DNA of 64,000 bases from Blastocladiella emersonii ATCC 22665 (lineage: Eukaryota > Fungi > Blastocladiomycota), in NCBI GenBank assembly GCA_025594325.1, contig JANHCV010000006.1:1550001-1614000 (forward strand). The letters run 5' to 3'. Positions 33,399 to 47,613 of this stretch are shown here, in pieces (the first letter of the stretch is position 1; the number at the start of each line of letters is the position of its first letter). The position numbers and the translations under genes are program-made. Below the pieces are notes generated by a model, which was not told the origin of the DNA, searched no databases, and saw nothing but the letters and a program-made list of their open reading frames with translations.

Positions 33399-33694
33399 AT
33401 GCGCGCCTCCAAGATTGTCCTCGCCCTCGCCGTCGTCCTCGGCTTCGCCATGAGCGGCGTCGCTGCCGCTGAGGCCTCGACCGAGTCGGCCTCGATCTCG
33501 GGTAAGGACCCTTGCACTCTCCCCTCCCATTCCTCGTACTAATCTACATCTGTCGCTATCCAGGCGTCGACTACCGGTGCTGGACTGGATGCGTGAAGCG
33601 TTGCGACGTCAAGTGCGGCAACGACTCGAACTGCAACAAGAAGTGCGACAACGAGTGCGACCGCATGTGCCGCCGCGACCCCATCCGCCCGTGA
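33399..33694 (+). CDS. Small secreted cysteine-rich peptide B, 2 exons: 33399-33501, 33564-33694; 77 aa, 8 Cys
   Basis: Signal peptide MRASKIVLALAVVLGFAMSGVAAA and a phase-1 intron GTAAGG...CTAAT...CAG. The mature part reads GVDYRCWTGCVKRCDVKCGNDSNCNKKCDNECDRMCRRDPIRP*. Confidence 0.82.
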
Positions 33695-34216
33695 GCGTGC
33701 AGTCCAGAAGAAGGGTCGGTGAGTTTAGTGATGAGATAAGATGTGTTGAATACATGGCCCCCTTGACCCTTGAACTCAAACTTGTTTGCGTGGGAGAGAT
33801 CGGTGAACCCGTGCGCGCACCACGGTGCCGGCGGCAAGACTGAGCTGTTACGTGCTCGATCATCATCATTGAAATTGCTCATTTGTTCCACCGGTGTTGT
33901 CTGGGTGCCGAGTGAAGCGGATCGAGCCTTAGCTCGAACGGCCTTGGAATGTTGGAAGCTGGCGGTCAGTGCTCCGCCGCGGTGGTTTCGGCCCGCTGAG
34001 TCGCGTGGTTGCGCTCCGTTTCCTTGATTTAGTAGAAATCGCGTGTTGGTCACCTATCGTTCAAGTCGCGAGTAGCGAGGCTTGTGAGATCGCGAAAAGT
34101 GACGCATCGGTCAAGTGCACGTGACCGGGGGTGGTCACGCGGCGGGCTGCCATGTCGATCAGCGACGTGTCCAGGCGTGCCGCGTCAGCAGGCGGCGGTT
34201 AGCGCCGAATGTGTGA

Positions 34217-37069
<2,853 letters not shown>

Positions 37070-37171
37070 GCGTGTCTCGCTGTGTCTCGGTTTGGTTTGG
37101 TTTGTGTTCAGTATCCTCAATAGTCGATGTCGTTTTGGTTCATAGTGGGTATTGTATTCAGGTCGGATGGT

Positions 37172-38812
37172 TTACAGTTGCGCGGCGTCGGGCCCAAAGG
37201 CGGCATCGACGGCGCGGCGGATCAGGTCCGGGTCCTCGATGAGCCGCGTGTGCCGGCGCTGCAGCGCGGTCCACGGCGGGACCAGCAGCTTCTCCCACGG
37301 CTTCTTGCGGCGGGGCTTGCTCGTCGCCGCGGTCGCGGTCGCGGATGGTGGCGGCGGGCTCGACTCGGTCACCGTGTCCGCCGACGTCCCCGCCGCTGCT
37401 TGGCCATCGTCGGCGTCGTCAGCCACGAGCACCAGCCGCCGCGCGCGCTTGCCGAGCTGCCCGCGCACGATCGCCGAGGCGACCGAGACGAGCGGGTCGT
37501 CCTTGACCGCAACCAGCAAAACCGGCGCGTTCCCCACGGCCACCCACTCGGCGACACTCGTCGGCCTCCCCAAATCGCGCGCGCTCGGCGGGAGCACCCA
37601 CAGCCACCGCGCGACCCTAGCCGCGGCGGCGATCCATGGCGCGACGCCCGCGTGCGGGCCCGCGAGGGATACGATCGCGGTGACTGTGACGTGTGCGGGG
37701 ACCGCGGCCGCGATGCGCAGCTGGACGCGCGCGCCGAGCGAGAACCCGACGAGCGCGAGCCGGTCGACGGCCGAGTGTCGCGCGAGGTACGCGGCGACCT
37801 CGGCGGCGGCGGCGTTGCCCTGGTCGGCGACGCGGTCCGAGGGGCGCAGGGTGCGGAGGAGGAGGACGGTGGATGGCGGGACGTGTGCGTGGTGTGCGCG
37901 CGAGACCAGGTGCGATTTCCACGCGGCGAGGTCGGTTGACGCGCCGCGGAAGCCGTGGCAGGCGACAATTAGCGGTGGGAGGTGTGGGAGGGACGGGCCG
38001 AGGTGACGCTGGCCCCACAGTTTGCGCAGGGAGAGGAACGGGTGCGCGCGCGTCACGGACGGCGGGGCGAGCGGGGCGCCCGGTGGTACGGCGTCGAGTG
38101 GGGAATGCGCGGGAGGGGGAGGGTGCAGCTGCACCACGACGTCGAGCTGCATCAGCGCCGGGAACGGGAACACGACCGACGTGTAGAACGAGTGTTCGGG
38201 CACCTCCCCCTCGGCTGCGCGCCACGGGGCGGGGGACACGGCGCCCGGCGCGCGCGGCACCGTGTCCCGCATCGCGTCAGCCAGCGGGAGCGTGACGGAC
38301 GCGACAGCGGACCACGTGTAGCTGGCCGTCGCCGACCCGGTCCCGTGCAGGCCCGCGCCCGAGTACAGCGCGGGCGCGGTGACCGACGCCTGCAGCAGGT
38401 CGAACCGCAGGTGGATCTTGTCGAGGTCTGGCGGGGAAGCGGCAGGGAGGCGGACCGTGTACGCGCGCTCGGTCAGGTGCGACTCCTGCGCGGTTTGGTA
38501 GTCGAACTCGACGTCGACGGGCGCCGACTCGAACGCCGCGAGGACAGACGCGTCGCGACGACGACGGTGGCGGGATTCGGGCGGTTGCACGGCGGCGGAT
38601 TTCGCGGACCACGGGAACTTGGTCGTTTTCCGTCGCGGCGGCGAGGTGGGAGGGAAGCGCAGGGGAGGCGGCGGCGTGTCGCCGACCGTCACGGACGCCG
38701 AGTAGCAGTACAACCCGCGGCGCCAGACGTGTAAGGCGTGCAGCGCGCCTGTCGCGATGGTCAGGGTCCATGGGGCGAGGTCGGGCGCGGGCGGCGGCGG
38801 TGGAGTGGCCAT
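37172..38812 (-). CDS. FAM135-like protein with C-terminal DUF676-type alpha/beta hydrolase, ~546 aa
   Basis: LIVACHGFRGASTDL, nucleophile elbow VGFSLG, IVSLAGPHAG and LLVAVKDDPLVSVASA. The N-terminal LHVWRRGLY recalls the FAM135 N-terminus. Confidence 0.65.
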   Translation of the reverse strand: MATPPPPPAPDLAPWTLTIATGALHALHVWRRGLYCYSASVTVGDTPPPPLRFPPTSPPRRKTTKFPWSAKSAAVQPPESRHRRRRDASVLAAFESAPVDVEFDYQTAQESHLTERAYTVRLPAASPPDLDKIHLRFDLLQASVTAPALYSGAGLHGTGSATASYTWSAVASVTLPLADAMRDTVPRAPGAVSPAPWRAAEGEVPEHSFYTSVVFPFPALMQLDVVVQLHPPPPAHSPLDAVPPGAPLAPPSVTRAHPFLSLRKLWGQRHLGPSLPHLPPLIVACHGFRGASTDLAAWKSHLVSRAHHAHVPPSTVLLLRTLRPSDRVADQGNAAAAEVAAYLARHSAVDRLALVGFSLGARVQLRIAAAVPAHVTVTAIVSLAGPHAGVAPWIAAAARVARWLWVLPPSARDLGRPTSVAEWVAVGNAPVLLVAVKDDPLVSVASAIVRGQLGKRARRLVLVADDADDGQAAAGTSADTVTESSPPPPSATATAATSKPRRKKPWEKLLVPPWTALQRRHTRLIEDPDLIRRAVDAAFGPDAAQL

Positions 38813-39301
38813 GGTTGTGCTGTGGGCGGTAGTGGGAGGATCGGCGAGTGCGCGGGAGCAGGTCCAAGAGCGAGGATCGAGGTGCAGGCGAGATGGTCCA
38901 CGAGCGAGGGTCCAAGAGCGAAGCGGAAGGGTAGAGTTGTGTCCGCGCACTTGCCGAGATGGAGGAGGGCCGGCAAACGGTGGCGCGGCGGCGGCAGTTG
39001 GCCGCAGTCGTGGTCGCGGTCAGTCGAGGGTGCAGGTGCCGCGCAGGCTAGAGTTTCATGAATGAGCTTCCTCGGTCGGTTTGCGTGGAGGGGAGAAAGA
39101 GAGCGGGCCGATCCTCGCGAAGAGAGGCGGCGGCTGGGAAACAAGGCCGCGAGGCGCGAGACACGTCCGTTTCACTGCCACGTGCACGTCTCCACGCGCG
39201 CGCGCCACGCCGCTCGCTCGCCACGCACGCCGAGTGCTCGCTTCCTCTCCTCCCTCTCTTCCCACTTCCCCCTTGACCACCAAATGCAGCCCATCGCAAC
39301 C

Positions 39302-39895
39302 ATGAAGCACCTGCGCCCGTCGTTCCTCGCGCTCCTCGTCGCGCTACTCGCCGCCGTCGCGTGCATGACCGCTTCGGCCGCCAAGGAGACGCCGGCGCCC
39401 GGTTCCGCCGTGTCCCCGGCCCCCGTACTGGAGCTCGCCGCGGGCAACTTCACGTCGGCCGTCAACGACGGCACCACCATGGTCTTCTTCTACGCCCCGT
39501 GGTGCCCGCACTGCAAGCGCGCCGCGCCCGCGCTCCGCAACTTTGCCCGCAAGACCAAGGCCATCCAGAAGAAGCACGGGTTCAAGGTCGCCATGATCAA
39601 CTGTGAGGCCAACGAGGGTGCGTACGCTCTGTCTAGGTGGTGAGCGTGTCGCTGACGCTTGGCACCCGATATAGCGACGTGCGACGCACACAACATCGAC
39701 GGGTTCCCGACCTACCTCGTGTTCCAGCGCGGCCGCATGCTGTTCGAGTACGAGGGCGACACCGACTCGGACTCGCTTGCGACTTTCGCCAAGGAGGCCG
39801 CCGAGTACAACTTTGTCTTCACCGAGCGCGGCGACGGCGCGGCGCACGACGCGAGTCAGGTCAACGACGGCTTCTTTGGGCACGAGGACCTGTAG
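39302..39895 (+). CDS. Single-domain ER thioredoxin/PDI-family protein, 2 exons: 39302-39617, 39675-39895; 178 aa
   Basis: Signal peptide, FFYAPWCPHCK active site, cis-Pro loop IDGFPT and C-terminal HEDL (HDEL-like). Confidence 0.85.
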
Positions 39896-39939
39896 ACGAT
39901 GCTGGCAAAACTGAGATATATATGTGACTCCATTTGCGC

Positions 39940-40992
39940 TCACAGCACAACCAGAATGAGGATTAGCAGGATCACGAGCGCGAGGATGAGCAGCCACGGC
40001 GCTACAGAGTGCGAGACAGGGGTCAGTGGCCGCTTGACCGAAGCAAACGCGCGAACACGTACACCGCTCGCTGATCTGCTTGGACACGGACGACAGCCGC
40101 CGCCGCGCGCGCGTCATCTGCGACCCGGTCCGCGTCACGCCCTCGGTCAGGTCGTCCAGCATCTCGTTCTGCGTCCCCAGCTCCTCGTCCATGGCCAGCG
40201 CCAGGTTTTTTTGCCGCCCGACCACCTGCACCAGCGCCTCGAGTTCCGCGTCTTGCTCTATTCACGAGACGGGAGGTGTCAGTCAGCGCGCTAGGTATGG
40301 TGCAGGAAGAGAGTACCGTCGAACATGAGCCGCTGCATCTGCATCAGCTGCTGCGGCTCCGCCTCCGCCAGCGTCGTCGGCTCGGGGCTCTCGCCGTGCC
40401 GCCGGTGCGCCATCGACACGCGCGCGACGCGCGTCATGGGCGCCGACGGGTTGATGCCGAGCAGCTGAGCGCGTCTACCGTCACAAGATGGTCAGTGTCG
40501 TGAGCCGCGAGCGACCGAGATGACGTACTCGTCAGCCTGCTGACCAAGCGTCGCCTGCCTCGGCGCCGGCACCACGGGAGCCCCAGCCGCCGCCCCCGCC
40601 GCCCCCGCCGACGAACCCGCCGCCGCGGCCGACTCGTCGAGGTCAAGCGCGACGTCGCGTATGCTCTCGAGCAGCGTCGCCAGGTTCACGAGCTTGTCCT
40701 CCCACACCTTGAGCTCGTCGGCCGGCAGCAAAAGCTGCTCCTCGGCGCGGCTCAGCGCCGCCTCGGCCGCACGATGCCGCGCCTGCAGCGTGCGGTAGTT
40801 GCGCTGGAACGCCGCCACGTTCGGCGACGTGTGTGCCGCGGAGCCCGGGATGTGCGCCACGTCCACGGCCTGCAGCAGGGTGGACTCGGCCAGCGCCGTC
40901 GTCGCGACGAGGTCCGACTTCCATGCGTTGTTGGCGAGGGCGAAGGTGGGTTCAGTCGTGGGGCCGTTCATTTGCGATACTTTCGGTTGCAT
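39940..40992 (-). CDS. Qc-SNARE, syntaxin-8/Syn8-like, 4 exons: 40992-40529, 40474-40317, 40257-40063, 40001-39940; ~292 aa
   Basis: SNARE motif EQDAELEALVQVVGRQKNLALAMDEELGTQNEMLDDL and C-terminal TM anchor PWLLILALVILLILILVVL*. The three GT-AG introns give 879 nt in frame. Confidence 0.8.
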
Positions 40993-41094
40993 GGGCTGGT
41001 GAGCGGGAGAGAGAGAACGCGACGCGCCTCACGGCTCCTTCAAGCGCGCGCGGGAGAGTACTTCCAACGCTCGCTCCGACGAGAACGCACACCC

Positions 41095-43020
41095 ATGGAT
41101 CCAAACCTTGCTCCAACTTTATGCAATCTACCCGAGAAGCTCCTGCGCGACATCGTTGACTGCGTTACCTTTGTCGATGGCTTCAGCACCGACCACGCCT
41201 CGCTCTTCGCACCGGCCCGCGTCAGCCGCGAGCCGTACGACATTGCCATGGCCAAGCTTGCTCTGTCACCGAGGACGGCGTACTCGATTCAGATGCGTTC
41301 ACGCTCACGCGCCGCGGGCTGTACCTCAAATAAGTCGCGCGCAGGTCGCCTGGCTTCCCCATCAATGTCGCGCTGGTGCACAGTGCTACTTTGGCCCACT
41401 TTTCAGGCATTGGCGATAATCACCGGCGGCTGTCTGCCTTGTCCGCCGTGTGCGCGCCTCTGAAGCGTGCGACTGGACTTGGTCACCCCGCGATCGAGTG
41501 CCACGACTCGCCATGCGACGCTGCGGACGCTGGCCGGCCTGTGGACGAGTGAATGGAGCTGTCGTGCTTTTCGAGACGTTTCTCTCTCGCTCCCCGCTGT
41601 GGCAAACATCCGGTTGCGCGTCGATGACTTGAGCGCGGGAGCGAGAACGAAGTTGCTCAGCGGCTTTCCGGCACCCTCGTTGTCTCAAGGAACTTTAATT
41701 CCGCGACATGCCGAGGCCTACTACTCACAAGGATGGATGGAATCTGTGGCATCGCCCTGGGAATCGCCGCCGACTTGGTCGGGACTTTGCCGCGCGTGCT
41801 CTCGCCGCATCTCACCTCGCTGAAGCTTGAGCTACGCTCGTTGACCTCGCTCGCCAAACATCTTTTACCGAACCCACAGCGTCGGCTTCGTGAGCTGCAC
41901 GGCTGCGAGCTTCACGTAGAACTCGGTGGCAGACGATTTTCGTGTCTCACAAAGCTCAGGGACTGCGAGTTGTCCGCGAAAGCGATCGATACCTCCTCGC
42001 CAGGTGATTTTTCTGGGCTGTCTCACTTGACCGACCTCGAACTTGGCCGCGGCCCTTGCTCTGCGCTCACGGGCGCAATCTTAGCCGCCGTTTCGCGCAT
42101 CCCCCCTCGTTTGCGCAACGCGCCCAGTAGATCGCGTACGTCGCACTCGTTGACGAGGCTCGCGGCGCCGCAGGAACTCGCAACTGTCATGCTCTCCTTC
42201 TTTTTCATGCCGAACTTGGTCAATCTCGAGGTCAGCCTTTCGGTTGAGCGTATTGTCAAGTCACAGCGGCGGCTGGCTCCAGCGTACCGTTGACCGTACA
42301 ACATGAGACCGGTTGAACTCGGCGCCGCACCTTGTCCTCGGCGACTCGCTAACCAGACCTTGTCACGTTGCTTTCCTTTCCCCATTGCTCGGCATCGCGG
42401 GCCCGCCGCAGGTCTTGTTGCGGCTCAAGTCCTTGGACATGCACTCGCAGCTGGACAACACTTGTACGCTGCCAGCGGATTGCTAATCGCTTGAGTCGCT
42501 TCGCTTCACGCGCTTTCCCAAAGCCGTCCACTAACGCTGCCCCAACATGACCTCGGTTCCCGCCGCTCGCTGCGGATGCATGAAACAGTGGGGAATCGGA
42601 TTGCCGCCTACGGTTCCATTCCTCAACGAACACTGGTTGTTCGTTGCTTCGACGCGGTCGGCTGACGACGACCTCAAGTGGGCCACGCTGGGCCCGGCAG
42701 CGCTTCAGATCCTCGCAAAGTCGCGATGGATGAGCAAGGTCGACGTAAACCTGGCTCCAAGGTTTCCTCAAACTTGATGACACCGGTGCCTTGGACCCTC
42801 CACTTTCCGCTGCTGCTCCCGATGAGAATGGCTCGCCTTGACTGAGATTGAGTTTACCGTCCGGCCCTCGCGAATTGTTGGGCAACTCGCTGAGAGCGCG
42901 AAGCGGGACTCGAGCTTCGTGGGTCGCGATGTGGAGCGTGTCCGCGCTTGGGTGTACGACGCCTCGCAACTAGAGATTGTCGTTGAGGTTGTTGGTGAGG
43001 ATGAGGGCTGGGAGCCATGA
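41095..43020 (+). pseudogene. F-box/LRR-like family member, disrupted by deletion, frameshifts and stops
   Basis: Starts MDPNLAPTLCNLPEKLLRDIV and ends RPSRIVGQLAE...EVVGEDEGWEP*, like the intact copies. LTEDGVLDSDAFTLTRRGLYLK* lies in a shifted frame with TAA, and the rest is split over many short ORFs. Confidence 0.8.
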
Positions 43021-43593
43021 ATATCGTGTCGCTGCTTCTTTTTGGGCGAGATGTGGGGGACCGCGATGGACTGTTGACTGCTCAGTAGACAGGAGATCAC
43101 ACTGAGAGGTCCTGGTGAGTGAGAATAAGAAACACCTCCTGGTGTAGGAGCGAGATCTTTTGGCCAGCGACTGGCCCAGGAGCAGGATCGCCAGTCGAAG
43201 CGGGCCAGACCGCGTGGTCCAGATCCAGAGCCGAAACCGATTACGCGACCAAGATCATCAGTACGCGGCCGGCGAAGCGTTGTACACCATTACGTCCGCC
43301 TAGCGAGATTATGCGCGCGGGAAGTCGAACTTCTCTGAGCGGCAGCCGCGAGAGCAAGCGTTGCGTGGGCGCTCAGCTGGCAGACGCTACTGGGGCATTT
43401 TCGCGGCTTTATCATTTTATCTTGGAGCGCACGACTAATTTTGTACCATTTCAAGAAGGCGGTGCTCCGCGGAAGCGCGTTAACGTGGAAGTGAGGCGGG
43501 TACGTGTTGTTCATCCTCACGTGAGTGCGCCGTTCCCACGCCTTTTCGTTTCGCTCGCCAGCCCCGGCTCTCGCTCCCTTCATCAACGCAAAA

Positions 43594-44872
43594 ATGAATG
43601 AATCTGATGCACCCACTCTATGCAATCTGCCCAGCACGGTCTTGCGCAGCATCGTACAGCGCGTCCTTGGCTCGTCGGGTGTCGCGGTTATGGATCACGC
43701 TTCGGTGATCGCGCTTGCCCGCGTTAGCCGCGAACTGCACGATCTCGCAATGGTCGAGCTCTCTGAACACGTTGAGTTCCTCGGCTGCACTTTGACCGAC
43801 GATGACAGCCTTGTCTTGGAGCACTTTACGCTCACGCGTAACGGGCTATACATCACGAGTGGCGGCGACCACGGCGCGTCCGATGCCACTCCCGGATTCC
43901 CCATGAATGCCTCACTCGTTCGGAGCCTTCGATTCTTTGTTTGTACGAGCATTTCCGAGCAGGCAGCCCGTTTCCCAGCTGTGCCCGCCGTCTGCGCCTT
44001 GCTGCAGCGCACGACCAGTCTTCGCTGCATCTCAGTCGAAAACTACGACTCGGCCGCGACGCTTGGAACGCTGGTGGGGTGGAGCTCGTCTCAAATCAAA
44101 TCGTGTCTCTTGGCGTGTCCGTCGAACGCATGAGTGACATAGCGGCGCTCGCCGGCCTGCCATTCCCGCGCGCGCCCGAGGTGAACATCATGTGCATTTG
44201 CCGCCCAGGCCCCAGCGTTCCCGCCAACACCTCGTACCTGTTGCGCGATCTACCAATGTCCCTACCAGTGGTGCAATCCCTCTCCTTGTGCGTTGCCGAC
44301 TTGGATGCGGTGGCCTTTGCAAAGCTTCTCACCGCGTTCCCAACGCTCAAGCGGCTTGCGATTCGTACTTATGCCAGCCTTCTCGACAGACCGCCGCCGG
44401 GAAACGTCACCGAAATTGGGCTCGGAATTGCCTGGGACATCAACGAGGACCAACTCGCACTGTTGCCTCGAGCGCTTCCCCCGCAGCTCACGTCCCTCGT
44501 GTTGCAATCGGCTTCCAGCAGCTTGATTTTTGAGCACTTCATGCCAAACCCGGAGTGTCAGCTTTGCGAGCTCGAGTGCAGTCATTTGCGCATCGCGCTC
44601 GATGGCAAACGGTTTCCGTTCCTTGCGAAACTCAAACTTCGCAGCGCAAGCAGCACAAGCGGCGCGGTGGCTCTGGTCCCTGTCGACCTTGGCGAACTTC
44701 CCGGGCTCGGCAATCTCACCGCCCGTCGCGGATTGTTGGGCACCTCGCTGAGAACGTGGCTCGTGACTCGAGCGCCGTTGCTCGCAGCACGGAACGGATC
44801 CGCACATGGGCCTGTGACGCAGCTGGGCCAGCGATCGAGGTCGTGGGCGAGAACGAGGGCTGGGAGTTGTGA
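43594..44872 (+). pseudogene. F-box/LRR-like family member, frameshifted and internally deleted (~1.3 kb vs ~2.1 kb)
   Basis: MNESDAPTLCNLPSTVLRSIV start, frameshift near 44075, and C-terminal RPSRIVGHLAENVARDSSAV...EVVGENEGWEL* in a third frame. The central LRR block of the paralogues is missing. Confidence 0.75.
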
Positions 44873-45142
44873 GCTTTTGTCTCGGGTTGGAATGCGGTGA
44901 AAGTGAATACCCTTGTTATAACCTGCCAGTTTACGCAGTGCAGACCTGCTCCCACAAGCGGAATCTTGACGGAAACTGAGATCGCTCGTCGCGTCACTGT
45001 CTCGCGTGGAACATCCGCACGTGGCTGACATGGGATCCGTTGCGCGCGTTTCACCTCGCCGGATCCCCTCAACCTTCCTCAACGCCCAAGGTCCACCCCA
45101 ACCAAGGTATGAATCAGGCTAGTCAGTGTATCATCATCGAGA

Positions 45143-46983
45143 CTACACCCACACCTTGAGCTCGCGCGTGGACATAGGCCGGAACAGGACCGACTCGGGC
45201 GGCCGCGTGAGCACCGCGAGCGATTTGGCCACGGCCGTCCCCGCCGCCGCTGCCGCGGAGCTTCCACCGCCGCCTGTTTGTGCCCCAATGACCGGAATCG
45301 CTGTCGCGCCCACCGCGTACCACGTCGCCGCGACGCGTCGAAGCGCTGCCCCCGCGACCACCGGGTCCTTGCGCTCCGCGGGCCGCAGCCGCTTGCGCTC
45401 GGCGCGCCACACGGCCGCGAACCGCGGGAGCTCGTGCGGGTCGTCCATGAGCGCACCAAGCCACCCGAGCAGCGGGTCGGCCGCGGGGACGTGCGGGATT
45501 CCGCGTGTGGCGGTGCGAGCGGAGTTGAGCTGTGCGCAGAAGGCGGCGATCATGGACAGCGAGCCGAGCGACGAGACCGTGTGCGGCGGGAGCGCGAGCG
45601 TCGCGGCGTGCCACTTTGGCTCGAGGCGCGACACGTTGAGGTGCAGGAGCGTCGGTCGGCCGTTTGCGGGCGGCTGCTTGGTCGGTGACGTCGATTCGGG
45701 TGCATTTGGAGAGGTCGGACTCGCTTCTACACTCGAGCAAGGGTGAGTCGCGATGGTGCGGAGGAGAACCGTAGACGGCCACGTACTGCTGTGCAGCTCG
45801 ACGGCATCCTTGTCGTCGGGCCGCTTCTCGCGCATGCGCAGCGAGTACCGGCGGTACTCGGCAATGTCGCCCGCGCTCGTGAGCAGGTTGTGCGCCGCCC
45901 ACCCACCCGAGACGTCTAGAGCTTGCGCGTTAGCGTTCTCCGTGGAATAAACGCAGCGGAAGTCGTACGTCGGAGCTTGGCCTTGGCATCGCCTGTGACG
46001 CCCGGCACGCGGAATGTGTGGACCAGCTCGAGGACGAGATGCACGTCGAGATCCGATGAATCGACGCGCACGAACAGCCGGTGCTCGTCGTACTTGGCGC
46101 CCGATCCAAACAGCGTCGTCTACTCGTCCGCAACGTTAGCCACACGGTTCAGAACTCCATCAGCACCTGCCGTACCGACTCGGTGAACCGCCACCCCTTG
46201 GCCCCGTCGCGGTACGCCAGCAGAGTGTGTACGTTTCCGACCACGGTGCCGCCGCGCACCATCCCGACCCGCAGCATCGAGCGGTGGTGGTTCGCGAGCG
46301 TCAGCCCGACCGGCGGCTCGACGGGCGGCGCGTTCTGGATCCCGTGAAGCGAGATCAGCACGCCGACGACGGGCGCCTGCGCATGGCTGGGCGCAGGGTC
46401 CGGCTGGCTCAGGTGCCGCGAGATGGAGACGTCGGCTACGGAGATTGACGAGATTCAGTTAGAAAGTCGCACTGCTGTCGATCCTTGGGTTTGATGTACC
46501 CCGATTTAGCGGCAAGAACGGTTTACCGCGACGCCCAGGAAGCCGGCCACGGCGCGTCGGCGACATGGACTTCACGCGATACGGCGAGACCGGCCGCGCC
46601 ACTTCCGCTGGTGCGGCTCGGCCTCGGCTCGGTGGCCGTGCCGGAGCGGCGGGTTGCGGAAGTACCTGTGCAGGCGGCTCGAGGACGTGTCGCGGCAAGA
46701 ACCCCTCGCGGCCGTGCACGCGGACGTACACCCAGAGCGACGGGTCGCAGCCCTCGGTATCGGTGCCCGGCGGCATTTCAAGGACACGCACCAGGTTGTT
46801 CGCCTGGACCGTGAGCTCGTCGGTGCCCGGCCGCGCCGTGTATGCGCGCGTCGCGACCATGAGCCGCATCGACGACGACGAAGCCGCAGTCGCCGAAGAA
46901 TCAGTCATGCTGTGGCCCGAGTGGCTCTGCGGCATGGCGAGGTGTTGAGTTTCGACGGTGAGATGGGGAGCAGCGGCGAGCAT
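45143..46983 (-). CDS. NPHP1: Nephrocystin-1 (NPHP1)-like ciliary transition-zone protein, 4 exons: 46983-46500, 46435-46176, 46119-45969, 45915-45143; 555 aa
   Basis: SH3 domain (MVATRAYTARPGTDELTV...WVYVRVHGREGFLP), then LRVGMVRGGTVVGNVHTL, LFVRVD..DVHLVLEL, VSGGW, ADPLL..LMDDP..WRAERKRLRPAERKD and FRPMSTREL. These parallel the nephrocystin homology domain as I recall it. The introns (64, 56, 53 nt) give 1668 nt in frame. Confidence 0.72.
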
Positions 46984-47356
46984 GGTGGCGGTTTGGTCGT
47001 CTATAGTCTATGGGTTCGCGTCACGTCGCGTCGTCTAAGTCTATCTATACATCCAGCTCCATGCGTTGCGTTTAGTCTTTGCTATTGCAACTGGAGAGCG
47101 GGGCCGCCGTTCACGTTGACGGCTCGGGCCCGGCGACGCGACGCGTCGCGAAAATGGAGACAGTCGCCGTGAGACATCGCGTGACCATAAGCGATCACGC
47201 GTTTTGAAGTCCCCGACTCCACAGTCTCGCTTCGCCTCCTGTCCGCGAGTCTGGCCATCGGACATCGAAGGGCCATCCGATCACGGCCGACTTGTGCGCG
47301 GGCGGCTCTCCTGACGCGCTCCGAAATGGCCTCCAAGGCAGTCATGTGACGACGGA

Positions 47357-47376
47357 GACGCGTCGCGCGACGCGTC
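47357..47376. promoter_or_regulatory. Perfect 20-bp palindrome containing two ACGCGT (MCB-like) boxes in the NPHP1/Kv divergent intergenic region
   Basis: GACGCGTCGCGCGACGCGTC; a further ACGCGT-CGCGAAA lies at 47141-47153. Confidence 0.5.
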
Positions 47377-47613
47377 GTCGCCGTGTCTCGCACCGCCGGA
47401 GCGCCAGGGCGCGCGGTCGGATCGCAAACTACACGTGTGCGCGCTAAGGTTCGAGCGCACGCGTCACGGCAGCGTTCGGGCCGCGACATCCATGCACACG
47501 CCCCATCGCAATGAATCTCAACGTGCATGCATTCTGATCAGCGCGACTCGACGTTTCGGTGTCGACCCTTCACCTTCTACCAGCTACTTTGACCGCCACA
47601 TCCGCCGACCTAC

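Noticed and set aside
31750-33694. Calling the Cys-rich peptides defensins, hydrophobins or small Tim (twin CX3C) proteins
   Set aside because: The Cys spacing lacks the CxC/CC patterns of those secreted families in the right places, and small Tims have no signal peptide and only four Cys.
47077-47090. Possible RFX X-box (TTTGCTATTGCAAC) upstream of NPHP1
   Set aside because: Two mismatches to the consensus, including the first G; too weak to call.
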